Shown: positions 44,335-53,585, counted from the first letter of the stretch. The stretch: 64,000 bases of DNA from an uncultured Phycisphaerales bacterium (GCA_963844715.1 CAWJPJ010000006.1:512001-576000); one strand, 5' to 3'. Program-made: numbers and translations. The notes: generated by a model from the letters alone, not told the origin.

Positions 44335-45602
44335 GATTTCAACGCCTGATGCCCAATGTCCTTGCGGAAGTGCATGCCCTCGAAATGAATTTTTTCCATA
44401 GCCGTGTAAGCGCGCTGCCGCGCGTCAAGAATATCGCGGCCGATCGCGGTGACCCCCAGCACGCGCCCGCCGTCCGTTACCACACGTCCGCCGACTGATC
44501 GCGTCCCGCTGTGGAAGACTTTCACGTCCGGCATCGCGTCCGCATCGTCCAATCCTTCGATCGGCACGCCGGTTTTGTATTGACCCGGATATCCCTTGCT
44601 CGAAGCGATGACGCAAATGGAGGGCCGCCGATCCCAGCGCAGCTCCACTTGATCCAACCGATTTTCCGCCACGGCGACCATCACTTCCGCCAGGTCCGAC
44701 TGCAATCGCATCATCAGCGGCTGGGTCTCCGGATCGCCAAACCGGCAATTGAATTCCAAAACCTTCGGCCCGCTCGGCGTCAGCATCAACCCCGCGTACA
44801 AACACCCGCTGTATTCGATCCCCTCGCGCAAAAGCCCATCCACGGCCGGGACGAAAATATCCTTCTCCACCTGCGCCAAAAGCTGCGGAGACATCACCGG
44901 CGTCGGAGAATACGCCCCCATCCCCCCCGTCATCGGCCCCGTATCCCCATCATCAATCGGCTTGTGATCCTGGGCCGGCTCCATGATGTAAATCGTCCGC
45001 TTGCAGACCAGCGCAAGCACCGAACATTCCGGCCCCTGCAAAAACTCCTCAATGAGAATCCGCGACCCCGCATCCCCGAATACCCGCTCCCGCATGATCT
45101 GATTGATCGTCTCCAGCGCATCAGCCGTTCGATAACAGATCGAAACGCCCTTCCCTTTCGCCAAACCGGCCGCCTTGACCACAACCGGCTCCTGCCGCGT
45201 GCTCACGTATTCCTCCGCCGCCAGCGGGTCCGTAAAACTGCGCGACTCGGCGGTGGGAATCGCCTGCTGCCGAAGGATTTCCTTGGCGAACCATTTGTCG
45301 GCTTCAATCTGCGCCGCGGCTTTGCTGGGCCCGAAGACACGCGCCCCCGTATTCACGAGCCGGTCCGTCAGCCCCATGGCCAGGGGATCTTCCGGGCCAA
45401 TGACGACCAGTTCGATGAGATTCTGGCGAACGAATCTTTCGATCTTATCGAAATCGGTGACCGCAATCGGAACCAGGTCCGCGACATCCGCGATCCCCGG
45501 GTTCCCCGGCGCACAATAAAGTTCCGTAACTCGCGGCGAAGCCGCCAGTTTCCAAGCCAACGCGTGCTCACGACCGCCGCTGCCGATGACCAATACTTTC
45601 AT
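44331..45602 (-). CDS. purD: Phosphoribosylamine-glycine ligase
   Basis: GSGGREHAL, APGNPG, QDHK, TGGMGAYSP, EFNCRFGDPETQ, GGRVL. Confidence 0.96.
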   Translation of the reverse strand: MKVLVIGSGGREHALAWKLAASPRVTELYCAPGNPGIADVADLVPIAVTDFDKIERFVRQNLIELVVIGPEDPLAMGLTDRLVNTGARVFGPSKAAAQIEADKWFAKEILRQQAIPTAESRSFTDPLAAEEYVSTRQEPVVVKAAGLAKGKGVSICYRTADALETINQIMRERVFGDAGSRILIEEFLQGPECSVLALVCKRTIYIMEPAQDHKPIDDGDTGPMTGGMGAYSPTPVMSPQLLAQVEKDIFVPAVDGLLREGIEYSGCLYAGLMLTPSGPKVLEFNCRFGDPETQPLMMRLQSDLAEVMVAVAENRLDQVELRWDRRPSICVIASSKGYPGQYKTGVPIEGLDDADAMPDVKVFHSGTRSVGGRVVTDGGRVLGVTAIGRDILDARQRAYTAMEKIHFEGMHFRKDIGHQALKS

Positions 45603-45688
45603 GCCCTGAGCTTCCCAATTAAATGTGACGAGCAGAGAGTAACAGCCTATTTGCGCAAGGCAAGGAGTCGCTCACTCGCTCAAAATCC

Positions 45689-45817
45689 TTGGCACAGAGG
45701 GCATAGAGATCGCAGAGGGCACAGAGAAAGATAAGGTAAACGAAAACGCAAAACCAAAGCAATTAACAAAACGCATTTTCTCTGTGCCCTCCATGTCCTC
45801 CTTGTCCTATGTGCCAA
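45689..45817. repeat. Long inverted repeat of the CACAGAG family
   Basis: ttggcacagagggc..cacagagaaa / ttttctctgtgccc..tgtgccaa. Confidence 0.78.
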
Positions 45818-45915
45818 TGCTTTTTTGGCGAGCGCACAAGCCGCTCTCGGCGGCAATCGAGGGCAAATCGCGATCGAGACTTGCTTCCCCCCTCCCCACA
45901 CGCGACGATTCCGCC

Positions 45916-46776
45916 ATGCCCGCGCCGGCCATCAATATCCTCCACATCACCACCAACGAACACACCGCAATCTTCGACGACCTCCTCGAACTCCTCACCG
46001 ACACGCTCGAGCAACTCGGCCATGCCGTGCAGCGGACGACAACTCATTTCGACCGCAGCCGCATCAACATCCTCGTCGGCCACACGGCCGCTCTCGAAAA
46101 AGAAGCCTACGACTCCATCCGGAGCAGCGGCGCGAAATACATCATCTTCCAAATGGAGACCCTCACCGACCGCCCCGGCATCCCGCGCCCGTCGCAGGCT
46201 TATCTCGACGTCCTGTCCCATGCCAACCAAGTCTGGGATTATTCGAAAAACAACCTGGCGTTCCTGGCCGCCCGCGGCTGCCGCGATTTGCAATTTATTC
46301 CCCTGGGCTATTCCCGCCGCCTCGAACGAATCGCGCATGCGGAACAAAAAGACATGGACGTCCTCTTCTACGGCGCCGGCAACGCACGCCGATTGAAAAT
46401 CGTCGATGCCCTCCGCGCCCGCGGCTTGCGCGTCGACGCCTTCTTCAAAGCCTACGGCTCCGCCCGCGACCAGGCCATCGCGCGAGCCAGGATCGTTCTC
46501 AATCTGCACAAGTTCGACCATTCAGAATTGGAACAGGTGCGCATTTCGTACCTGTTGAACAATCGCGTTTTCGTCATTTCCGAATCAGCCGAGGGAAACC
46601 CCTGGGGGGATGGCGTCGTCTTCAGCGACTACGACAAAATCGTCGATTGCTGCGTCGAATCTGCCCAGCCCGGCAAAGACGCCGCCCGCGTAGAAATCGC
46701 AACAAAGGGCTATGAGGCCCTAAAATCATTGCCGATCGGCGCGAGCCTCGAGGCCGCGCTCGCAAGGATCCAGTGA
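45916..46776 (+). CDS. Glycosyltransferase-like (GT-B) protein
   Basis: VWDYS, DVLFYG..RR, IARARIVLNLH, EQVRISYLLNN..VISE. Confidence 0.65.
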   Translation: MPAPAINILHITTNEHTAIFDDLLELLTDTLEQLGHAVQRTTTHFDRSRINILVGHTAALEKEAYDSIRSSGAKYIIFQMETLTDRPGIPRPSQAYLDVLSHANQVWDYSKNNLAFLAARGCRDLQFIPLGYSRRLERIAHAEQKDMDVLFYGAGNARRLKIVDALRARGLRVDAFFKAYGSARDQAIARARIVLNLHKFDHSELEQVRISYLLNNRVFVISESAEGNPWGDGVVFSDYDKIVDCCVESAQPGKDAARVEIATKGYEALKSLPIGASLEAALARIQ

Positions 46777-46779
46777 GAT

Positions 46780-46808
46780 TTGACGCGACCGACGGAGGGA
46801 AGTAGCCT
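46780..46808 (+). promoter_or_regulatory. Sigma70-type promoter of the tRNA-Pro/GIY-YIG locus
   Basis: TTGACG (46780-46785), 17-bp spacer, TAGCCT (46803-46808). Confidence 0.65.
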
Positions 46809-46827
46809 GCTCATCCGGAAGTTTTTC

Positions 46828-46877
46828 CGGGGCGTGGCGCAGTTTGGTTTAGCGCGGTCGCTGCGGCGACAGGCCGC
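46828..46877 (+). other. 5' pseudo-tRNA-Pro with anticodon arm replaced by GTCGC-tgcg-GCGAC
   Basis: cggggcgtggcgcagtttggtttagcgcg matches the tRNA 5' part; followed by the hairpin and aggccgc. Confidence 0.85.
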
Positions 46878-46915
46878 TTTTCCGCAGGAGGCTCAGTTCG
46901 TTGTGACTTTATTTC

Positions 46916-46992
46916 CGGGGCGTGGCGCAGTTTGGTTTACGCGCGCTTGACTGGGGGTCAAGAGGTCGCAGGTTCGAATCCTGTCGCCCCGA
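46916..46992 (+). tRNA. tRNA-Pro(GGG)
   Basis: cggggcg/cgccccg acceptor stem, cttga-ctGGGgg-tcaag anticodon arm, ggttcgaatcc; one extra C at 46940 is probably an error. Confidence 0.93.
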
Positions 46993-46993
46993 T

Positions 46994-47233
46994 TTGTTTC
47001 ACCTATACGTCTTGCGAAGCCAGAAAACCGGCCGCAGATATGTCGGCTCGTGCGAGGACATCATCAACCGCCTTGATCAGCACAACCGTGGCGAGTCCAA
47101 ATCCACCAGACACGGCGTGCCCTGGAAATTGATCCACCACGAAGAATATGCGACCCGAGCGCAGGCAACGCAGCGAGAACGATATTTCAAAACTGGAAAG
47201 GGCCGAGAGGAACTCGACCACCTCAAGGTTTAG
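46994..47233 (+). CDS. Small GIY-YIG nuclease (UPF0213/SLX1-like), copy 1
   Basis: LYVLRS..YVGS..RLDQHN.G..KSTR..PWKLI..EE..A..RERYFK; TTG start inferred. Confidence 0.88.
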   Translation: MFHLYVLRSQKTGRRYVGSCEDIINRLDQHNRGESKSTRHGVPWKLIHHEEYATRAQATQRERYFKTGKGREELDHLKV

Positions 47234-47282
47234 CGCGGTCGCCGCGGCGACAGGTCGCAGGTTCGAATCCTGTCGCCCCGAT

Positions 47283-47522
47283 TTGTTTCACCTATACGTC
47301 TTGCGAAGCCAGAAAACCGGCCGCAGATATGTCGGCTCGTGCGAGGACATCATCAACCGCCTTGATCAGCACAACCGTGGCGAGTCCAAATCCACCAGAC
47401 ACGGCGTGCCCTGGAAATTGATCCACCACGAAGAATATGCGACCCGAGCGCAGGCAACGCAGCGAGAACGATATTTCAAAACTGGAAAGGGCCGAGAGGA
47501 ACTCGACCACCTCAAGGTTTAG
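47283..47522 (+). CDS. Small GIY-YIG nuclease, copy 2
   Basis: Identical to copy 1, offset by 289 bp. Confidence 0.88.
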   Translation: MFHLYVLRSQKTGRRYVGSCEDIINRLDQHNRGESKSTRHGVPWKLIHHEEYATRAQATQRERYFKTGKGREELDHLKV

Positions 47523-47571
47523 CGCGGTCGCCGCGGCGACAGGTCGCAGGTTCGAATCCTGTCGCCCCGAT

Positions 47572-47745
47572 TTGTTTCACGTATACGTCTTGCGAAGCCA
47601 GATAACTGGCGGCCGATACGTCGGGTTCTTGCGAGGACTACGCCGCCCGCCTTGATCAGCACAACCGAGGCGAATCCAAGTCGACCAGACATGGCGCGCC
47701 CTGGAAATTGGTCTACCAGGACGAATATACGACCCGGCCAGCGCG
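47572..47745 (+). pseudogene. GIY-YIG nuclease copy 3, diverged and truncated
   Basis: FHVYVLRSQITGGRYVG / SCEDYAARLDQHNRGESKSTRHGAPWKLVYQDEYTTR, then abuts the stop codon of the next gene. Confidence 0.8.
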
Positions 47746-48768
47746 TCAGAATCCGCTCAAAGTTACTTTCCCGATTGCCTTGCCGCTCTCCGATATGGCG
47801 TGGGCCTTCTTCAGGTTTTCGACATTGATGGGGCTGAGTGTCTGCGTCTGCGTGGAGCGCACTTCGCCTCGGTCAACCAGGTCTGAGACGCGAGTGAGCA
47901 GTCGTCCTTGCTCGGCCATATCCGGTGTCTGCCACATCGAGCGGGCGAACATGAACTCCCAGTGAAGCGATGCCGATTTTCGCTTTAGCGGCACTACGTC
48001 CAGCGATTCCGGATCATCGATCAGTCCAACCTTTCCCTGCGGAGCCAGAACTTCGATCAATTGCGGAAAGTTCCGTGCGGTCGCCGTCAGGCTGGCGATA
48101 TATTTCACCGGAGGGGCGGCCAGCGCCTTCACCTGGTCGGCCAGCGGTTTGGTGTGATCGACCACATGGTGGGCGCCCATTTCAGTCACCCATCGCACCG
48201 TTTCCGGCCGCGATGCAGTTGCGATGACGGTCAGCCCCGTGAGCCGCCGCGCCAGTTGCAAAAGGATTGATCCCACGCCGCCCGCGGCTCCGCTGACCAG
48301 CAAAGACGCGCCGCTGTCGCCCTCGCGAACCCCAAATCGATCGAACAATAACTCCCAGGCGGTGATGCTAGTCAGCGGCAGCGCGGCGGCTTCGGCGAAG
48401 CCGATCGATTTGGGTTTGCGTCCCACCAGCCGTTCGTCCACCGCCTGATATTCCGCATTTGATCCGGGACGATCCAGTTCGCCGGCGTAGTAGACTTCAT
48501 CTCCGACCGAGAACCCACTCACGGCGGCGCCTTTGCCTACGACGACGCCTGCCGCATCCCACCCGAGCACACGCGGCTTCCCCGCGACGGGCGACGCCGA
48601 GCCTTGATGCCGCGCGCCGCGTACTTTCGTATCAACCGGATTCACCGAAACCGCCCGCACCGCAACCAGCAAGTCGCGCGGCCCCGGCTCCGGCCGAGGC
48701 AGATCCATCTCCACCAGCGAATCCTGGACCTCAAGCGGCCCCGGCCGAGTAAAGGCAATCGCTTTCAT
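47746..48768 (-). CDS. Zinc-binding alcohol dehydrogenase family (quinone oxidoreductase-like)
   Basis: SVNPVDTK, LGWDAAG, ALPLTSITAWE, GAAGGVGS, SLHWEFMF. Confidence 0.92.
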   Translation of the reverse strand: MKAIAFTRPGPLEVQDSLVEMDLPRPEPGPRDLLVAVRAVSVNPVDTKVRGARHQGSASPVAGKPRVLGWDAAGVVVGKGAAVSGFSVGDEVYYAGELDRPGSNAEYQAVDERLVGRKPKSIGFAEAAALPLTSITAWELLFDRFGVREGDSGASLLVSGAAGGVGSILLQLARRLTGLTVIATASRPETVRWVTEMGAHHVVDHTKPLADQVKALAAPPVKYIASLTATARNFPQLIEVLAPQGKVGLIDDPESLDVVPLKRKSASLHWEFMFARSMWQTPDMAEQGRLLTRVSDLVDRGEVRSTQTQTLSPINVENLKKAHAISESGKAIGKVTLSGF

Positions 48769-48945
48769 GCTCTCTCCGGCATTGATCGGCCTCTCAGTAT
48801 AGCCCTAATTCAGGTGTGTGAGTCAAACTATCGGTTTGAGTCCAGAAGTCACGCCCCCTACCCTTCAACGTTTTCCAGGCCTCTTCAACTTCAACGACGC
48901 CCCGTGTTGTTCCCAATACTTCGCAAAATGACCGATTACTGCTCC

Positions 48946-49015
48946 GTCGCCCCGATTTGTATCACTTCCACTTCCCGCGACGCCAGACAACCGGCCGCAT
49001 CGTAGCGCGGGTCGC
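48946..49015 (+). repeat. Degenerate, internally deleted fourth copy of the tRNA/GIY-YIG unit
   Basis: gtcgccccgatttgt.tcac..gcga.gccaga.aaccggccgca, then tagcgcgggtcgc (unit end). Confidence 0.75.
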
Positions 49016-49028
49016 GTTTTAGTTCGAC

Positions 49029-50400
49029 CTACGCCGCAATAGCCCTAGGCGTATATCCCCCGTGGGCCAGGTAAACCTTCAGAGCCTCGAATACCTCCGG
49101 GCAAATTCCGTCGCCGGCCGTCCGGGTCAGAATGCTCATCACTTCCTCCGAGGTCAGGTCTTTCCGATACGGCCGCTGCGCCGCCAGCGCCTCGAACATA
49201 TCCGCAACGCACAGGATTCGATCCGCAATCGATAACTGATCCGCAACCAATCCACGATGGTATCCCTTCCCATCGAGCCGTTCGTGGTGCGAAGCCGCCA
49301 GCGATGCCAAATCTCGGAACCCCGCCACCTGGTGCAGCAACTGGTACGTATACGCCGGATGCTTTCGCATTTCGACAAACTCTTGCGGCGTCAGCTTCCC
49401 CGGCTTGTCGAGAATCAGATTGGAAATCCCCAGCTTTCCGATGTCATGCAGCAAACCCGCGCGGCGGAGGATTCGATTTTCCGCCGGGCTGAATCCCATC
49501 GTGGCCCCAATGCCCGCCGCGATTTCCGCAACGCCTTCGGAATGCTTGAACGTCCATGGGCTCTTGGCGTCGATCACCTGCGCGAAACCATGAGCGATGC
49601 GATCAAGCGTTGCCGGGTCAGCAGTTAGGGACTGATCTTGCGGTTCAACCGCCGCTATGGCTTGTTTCGGATCTTCGGCGAAAAACGTCACCCAGAATTG
49701 CTCGTCATTTCGGAATGACGTCATCGCCTGCACCAGATTGGGATCGAACCACGTCCCGCTGCGGTTTTTGGCCACTTCGTAAGCGGCATCGATTCCGTCG
49801 GTGCGGGCAAAAACTTCCACCGTCTGCGACAGCCCAAGAATCCGCGCCAGCAGCGGAATCGCCTGGCCGCGCAAACCTTCCGGATGGCCGTGCCCGTCCC
49901 AATGTTCGTCGAGCGATCGAATCGCCCCGGCGGTGGCCTCGGGAAAATGCAGCTCGCGGGCGATCTTCGCCCCGCGCTCGCATCGCAATTCAACCAGCTC
50001 GCGCGCCCTTTTCGGCCCCGCCAGGGCAACCCTCGCAAGCTGCTCCGCTTTTTTCAGAATCGATCCCTCTGGTCTAACCACGCCCGCCGCATACGCGATT
50101 GCCGACGGCATGCTCGACCAGTTAACGGTCTTGATCCCCCCCTTCACTTTGCGATCATCCGCACCAAATAGAAAGCACATTTTCGAAGCGTTGGTCGAAC
50201 ACCCCAGATCTTTCATCAGCAGCGCATAGAAAAGGGCTGAACTTTGATCCGGCGTCAGCTTCAATTCCCGCGCTCAGCGCATCCCGAAACAACAACTTCG
50301 CGCCGCATGCCCCAGCGGCTGCCCCTCGGTCAAATCCAGCGCATACGAAAGCGCCCCGATGACCTCCGAAAATCGGACTTCAACCTTGTCATTTAGGCAT
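49029..50400 (-). CDS. Tandem HD-GYP domain phosphodiesterase (indels near the 5' end)
   Basis: ALSYALDLTEGQP.GH, KDLGC, EHWDGHGHP, HDIGK, HHERLDGKGY. Confidence 0.85.
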
Positions 50401-50541
50401 GCTATTGGGGAGGTGCGCAATAGGGAAGACATCGCAGACGTGCATCGACTGAACCCACCGCCGCCATCAATTCGCCGGCCGCTTTTCCCGGCCGGCGAAG
50501 AGTTCAGGCGCCCGTTGACCCCGTCACAGCCGTGCCAGCCG

Positions 50542-52017
50542 TTATAATCCTGTCAGAATAACCCCAGCGCGCCCGTCGCTTTCGGGTGCTCCAACATCCG
50601 CCCTTTTTCTAAGCCGACGCTTGCACGACTGAACCGGCAGCTTCCCCGCTTCCCATCCCGCAATCCCAGCCGCAATTTCGCTCACGTGCGGAAACCCGCG
50701 CCTCTTCAGCAAACTCGCGGCAATGGACGACCGATACCCGCCCGCGCAATAAACCACGACCGGACGATCCTTCGGCAGTTTTTCCGCGCTTTCAGCCAGG
50801 CGATTGAGCGGAATGCTCAAACTCCCGGCGATGTGCTTTTTTTCGCGCTCGCCCGGCGTGCGAACGTCGATCAGCAGTGGCGCGCCCGACGAGGATAGAT
50901 ACTCCGCCGCGAGCGGGGCGCTCAGCCGCTTCGTATCGGCCGTGAGGTCCGGGCGCGATTTCAGGCTTTCCAAACCGTCTTTCAAATATCCGGCAATGTG
51001 ATCGAATCCAATGCGCCCCAGGCGAACCGCCGCCTCGCGCTCGCGGCCGGGGGTTGCGATGATCACGATCGGATGCTCGCGATCCAGCACGGTCCCAACC
51101 CAGGTCGCATATTGGCCGCCCAGACCGATATTGATGCTTCCCGCCAAATGCGCGGAAGCAAATTCGGCGGGATCGCGCGTGTCGAGAATCTGAGCGCCCT
51201 TGACCCTGCAACCGCAACACGTCATCCAGTGTGAGGGCGATCATCTCGCGCGCCAAGGCTTCGTCGAGCGTGGGGCGCTCCGCGCTGTTCAGAACCGCAT
51301 CGTAATTAAAATACGCGGGAGCCTCCGGCTGATCCGCGGTGACCACCTGAATAAACGCTTCCTTACCCATCGGCTGCAAGGCGTAATTCGAACGCCGCTG
51401 CTCGCCAAGCGTCGACACCGTCTCCTTGCTCAGCGCCTTCCCGCACAGCGAGCCGGCGCCGTGAGCGGGATAAACCAAACTTTCGTCCGGCAGCGCCAGC
51501 AGCTTGGTGTGCAGTGAATCGAAAAGCATGCCGGCAAGATCCGTCGCCGACCAACCCAGCGCCGCGCAGATCGGGCCGACCCACGTCGCCAATGAATAGC
51601 GTGTCCCCCGTGAGCACGGCGTGGGGGCTGCTCACCGCTGACGCTCAGGTCGTAGATAACGATCGAGATCGATTCCCGCGTATGCCCCGGCGTTTCCAGA
51701 ACCTTCAATCGTACCCGCCCGAACTCCAGAACATCCCCATCGCCAAAAGCAGTAAATGCGTAGGATGCCTTCGCGGCCGCCCCCAGGCAGATCGCGGCGC
51801 CGGCGCGATCGCGCAATTCAAGATGCCCGGCAACGAAATCGGCGTGCAGATGCGTCAGGAACACGTACTTGATCGCCAGCCCATTCTCGCCGGCAAACGC
51901 AACGTATTGGTCCGTGTCGCGCTGCGGATCAACAACGACGGCGGTACCCGTCTCCTCATCCCCAATGATGTACGACGCATGCGCCAGGCATGGCAGGTAG
52001 AACTGCTTGAGGATCAA
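50542..52017 (-). CDS. MBL-fold metallo-hydrolase with two rhodanese domains (three frameshifts)
   Basis: THLHADFVAGH, TPGHT, TGDTLF, YPAHGAGSLCG, YCAGGYRS. Confidence 0.87.
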
Positions 52018-52043
52018 CAGACACCATCCTCGCTTGCAAATTT

Positions 52044-52700
52044 CTACTTCGGCTGCGGGACCAGCCGCAGATAGGGCCGCGGCGCCTTCCAGCCGCCGGG
52101 GTATTTCTGTTTCGCTTCGTCATCCGAAACGGCCGGCAGAATGATCACGTCTTCCCCCTGCTTCCAGTTCACCGGCGTCGCGACCTTATGCTTGGCCGTT
52201 AGTTGCATCGAATCCAGAATGCGCATCACTTCGTCAAAATTGCACCCCGTGCTCATAGGGTAGACGAGCATCAGCTTAATCTTCTTGTCCGGGCCAACCA
52301 TGAACACCGTGCGAACTGTCGCATTGTCCGCCGCGGTGCGCCCCTCGCAGGATTCCCCGCTCTCAGCCGGCAGCATTCCGTACATCTTGGAAATCTTGAG
52401 ATCCGGATCGCCGATCATCGGATAGTTCACTTTGTGGCCCTGCGTCTCCTCGATGTCCGACGCCCACGATTTGTGCTTGCTTACCGGGTCCACGCTCAGT
52501 CCAATGATCTTGCAATTGCGCTTCTCAAACTCCGGCTGCAACCCGGCCATATAGCCCAGCTCGGTCGTGCAGACCGGCGTGAAGTCCTTGGGATGCGAAA
52601 ATAGGATCGCCCAGCCATTCCCGATCCACTCGTGAAAGTTAATCGTTCCCTGCGAAGTCTCGGCGGTAAAATTGAGGGCTATATCGTTGATGCGCAACAT
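52044..52700 (-). CDS. 1-Cys peroxiredoxin (Prx6 family)
   Basis: FSHPKDFTPVCTTE, ATPVNWKQG. Confidence 0.92.
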   Translation of the reverse strand: MLRINDIALNFTAETSQGTINFHEWIGNGWAILFSHPKDFTPVCTTELGYMAGLQPEFEKRNCKIIGLSVDPVSKHKSWASDIEETQGHKVNYPMIGDPDLKISKMYGMLPAESGESCEGRTAADNATVRTVFMVGPDKKIKLMLVYPMSTGCNFDEVMRILDSMQLTAKHKVATPVNWKQGEDVIILPAVSDDEAKQKYPGGWKAPRPYLRLVPQPK

Positions 52701-53006
52701 GCTGTGGCTCCAGGTAGGTAATGCCGGTTCGAAAAGCCGCTCCGCCGCCGCGGCGTCGCGCTGAGCCCGGCAGTCTGCCAAGCCAGACGTACGACAGGCA
52801 AACTTTTTCGGGGGGCAAGGGCAATTCTTGCGAGGGAAATGAAGGGCGCGGTGACTCTATCCAGTCAGGCCACACAAAATCTTGATTTTGGCTTTGAAAA
52901 TTGAGAAAAGCTTTCAGTGGCGTCCCCAGCCGAGCCCATAAGGGCTAGATTGTAACACGTGCCGTTTTCCTTCGCCCCATGAAACGCCATCGAAAGAAGC
53001 CGGTCG

Positions 53007-53585
53007 ATGCCGAAACCCTGGCCTTCTGGCAGGCGCGGGGTCCTTATTCGGCAGCGGCTCCATGACACGCCCGCCGCGGCAGATGCCTGGTTTTGGAAAA
53101 TCCAGTGCGACATCATCGACTTTTTGCTCAATCGTTACAGCGAAACAAATGTTCGCCCGACCGCAAACCCCGCTGCCTCAATTGCTGCCGATTTAGCCAA
53201 GACGTTAGCTCCCGCGCCGGTTGAGTCGTCGCGCTCCGATTCCTTTCCCGACAGCGCCGACGTCAGCAAGATGCCGCGAAAATCCGAGAAGATCGCGCCG
53301 CTCCTTCAGAAGATTTCGCAAGCCAACCAGGATCGTTATGAGTTGGCGCACCGCCTCGAGGCGGAGGCAAAGGAGGCACTGCGCTTGCAGATCAAGGAAA
53401 GCCGCGCGGTCACGGAGCGGGTTCTGCAGCTCATCGAAAAATACGACCTGCGGTACGATCCAGACGCGGAAAACAGACCCCCGCCGGATTTCATCGAAAC
53501 TGACGAAGAGTTGCCCGAGGAAATCCGGCGGGTTTTGGCACTGGATTCACCTCCGCGATCCGACCGTACGGACCAAGAACAATAG
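53007..53585 (+). CDS. Hypothetical protein (start uncertain)
   Basis: 192-aa ORF; no recognised motif. Confidence 0.4.
   Translation: MPKPWPSGRRGVLIRQRLHDTPAAADAWFWKIQCDIIDFLLNRYSETNVRPTANPAASIAADLAKTLAPAPVESSRSDSFPDSADVSKMPRKSEKIAPLLQKISQANQDRYELAHRLEAEAKEALRLQIKESRAVTERVLQLIEKYDLRYDPDAENRPPPDFIETDEELPEEIRRVLALDSPPRSDRTDQEQ

Larger units (their letters stand above)
46963..47745 (+). repeat. Tandem array of 289-bp units (tRNA 3' part + GIY-YIG gene + D-arm end + palindrome)
   Basis: Units at 46963, 47252 and 47541; the first two are identical, the third is diverged and truncated. Confidence 0.93.

Noticed and set aside
44511..45734. Long antisense and overlapping ORFs (opposite purD, top6A, istA and others)
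   Set aside because: Shadow ORFs expected in high-GC DNA, with no recognisable motifs
46922..47233. 103-aa and 124-aa GIY-YIG ORFs with N-terminal extensions
   Set aside because: The extensions are read-through of tRNA or of the previous unit; family similarity begins at the TTG at 46994/47283
47227..47570. Additional functional tRNA genes in the array
   Set aside because: They lack the 5' acceptor strand and an anticodon loop
46963..47745. CRISPR array
   Set aside because: The repeated part is tRNA-derived, the intervening segments are near-identical coding sequence rather than unique spacers, and no cas genes are present
50268..50285. In-frame TGA in the HD-GYP gene as selenocysteine or recoding
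   Set aside because: It lies between two GCGC motifs at a position expected to be hydrophobic; a local basecalling error is more likely
52235..52250. Peroxiredoxin GRN to GCN change as a novel resolving cysteine
   Set aside because: A single C/T difference in an error-prone sequence; unsupported without reads
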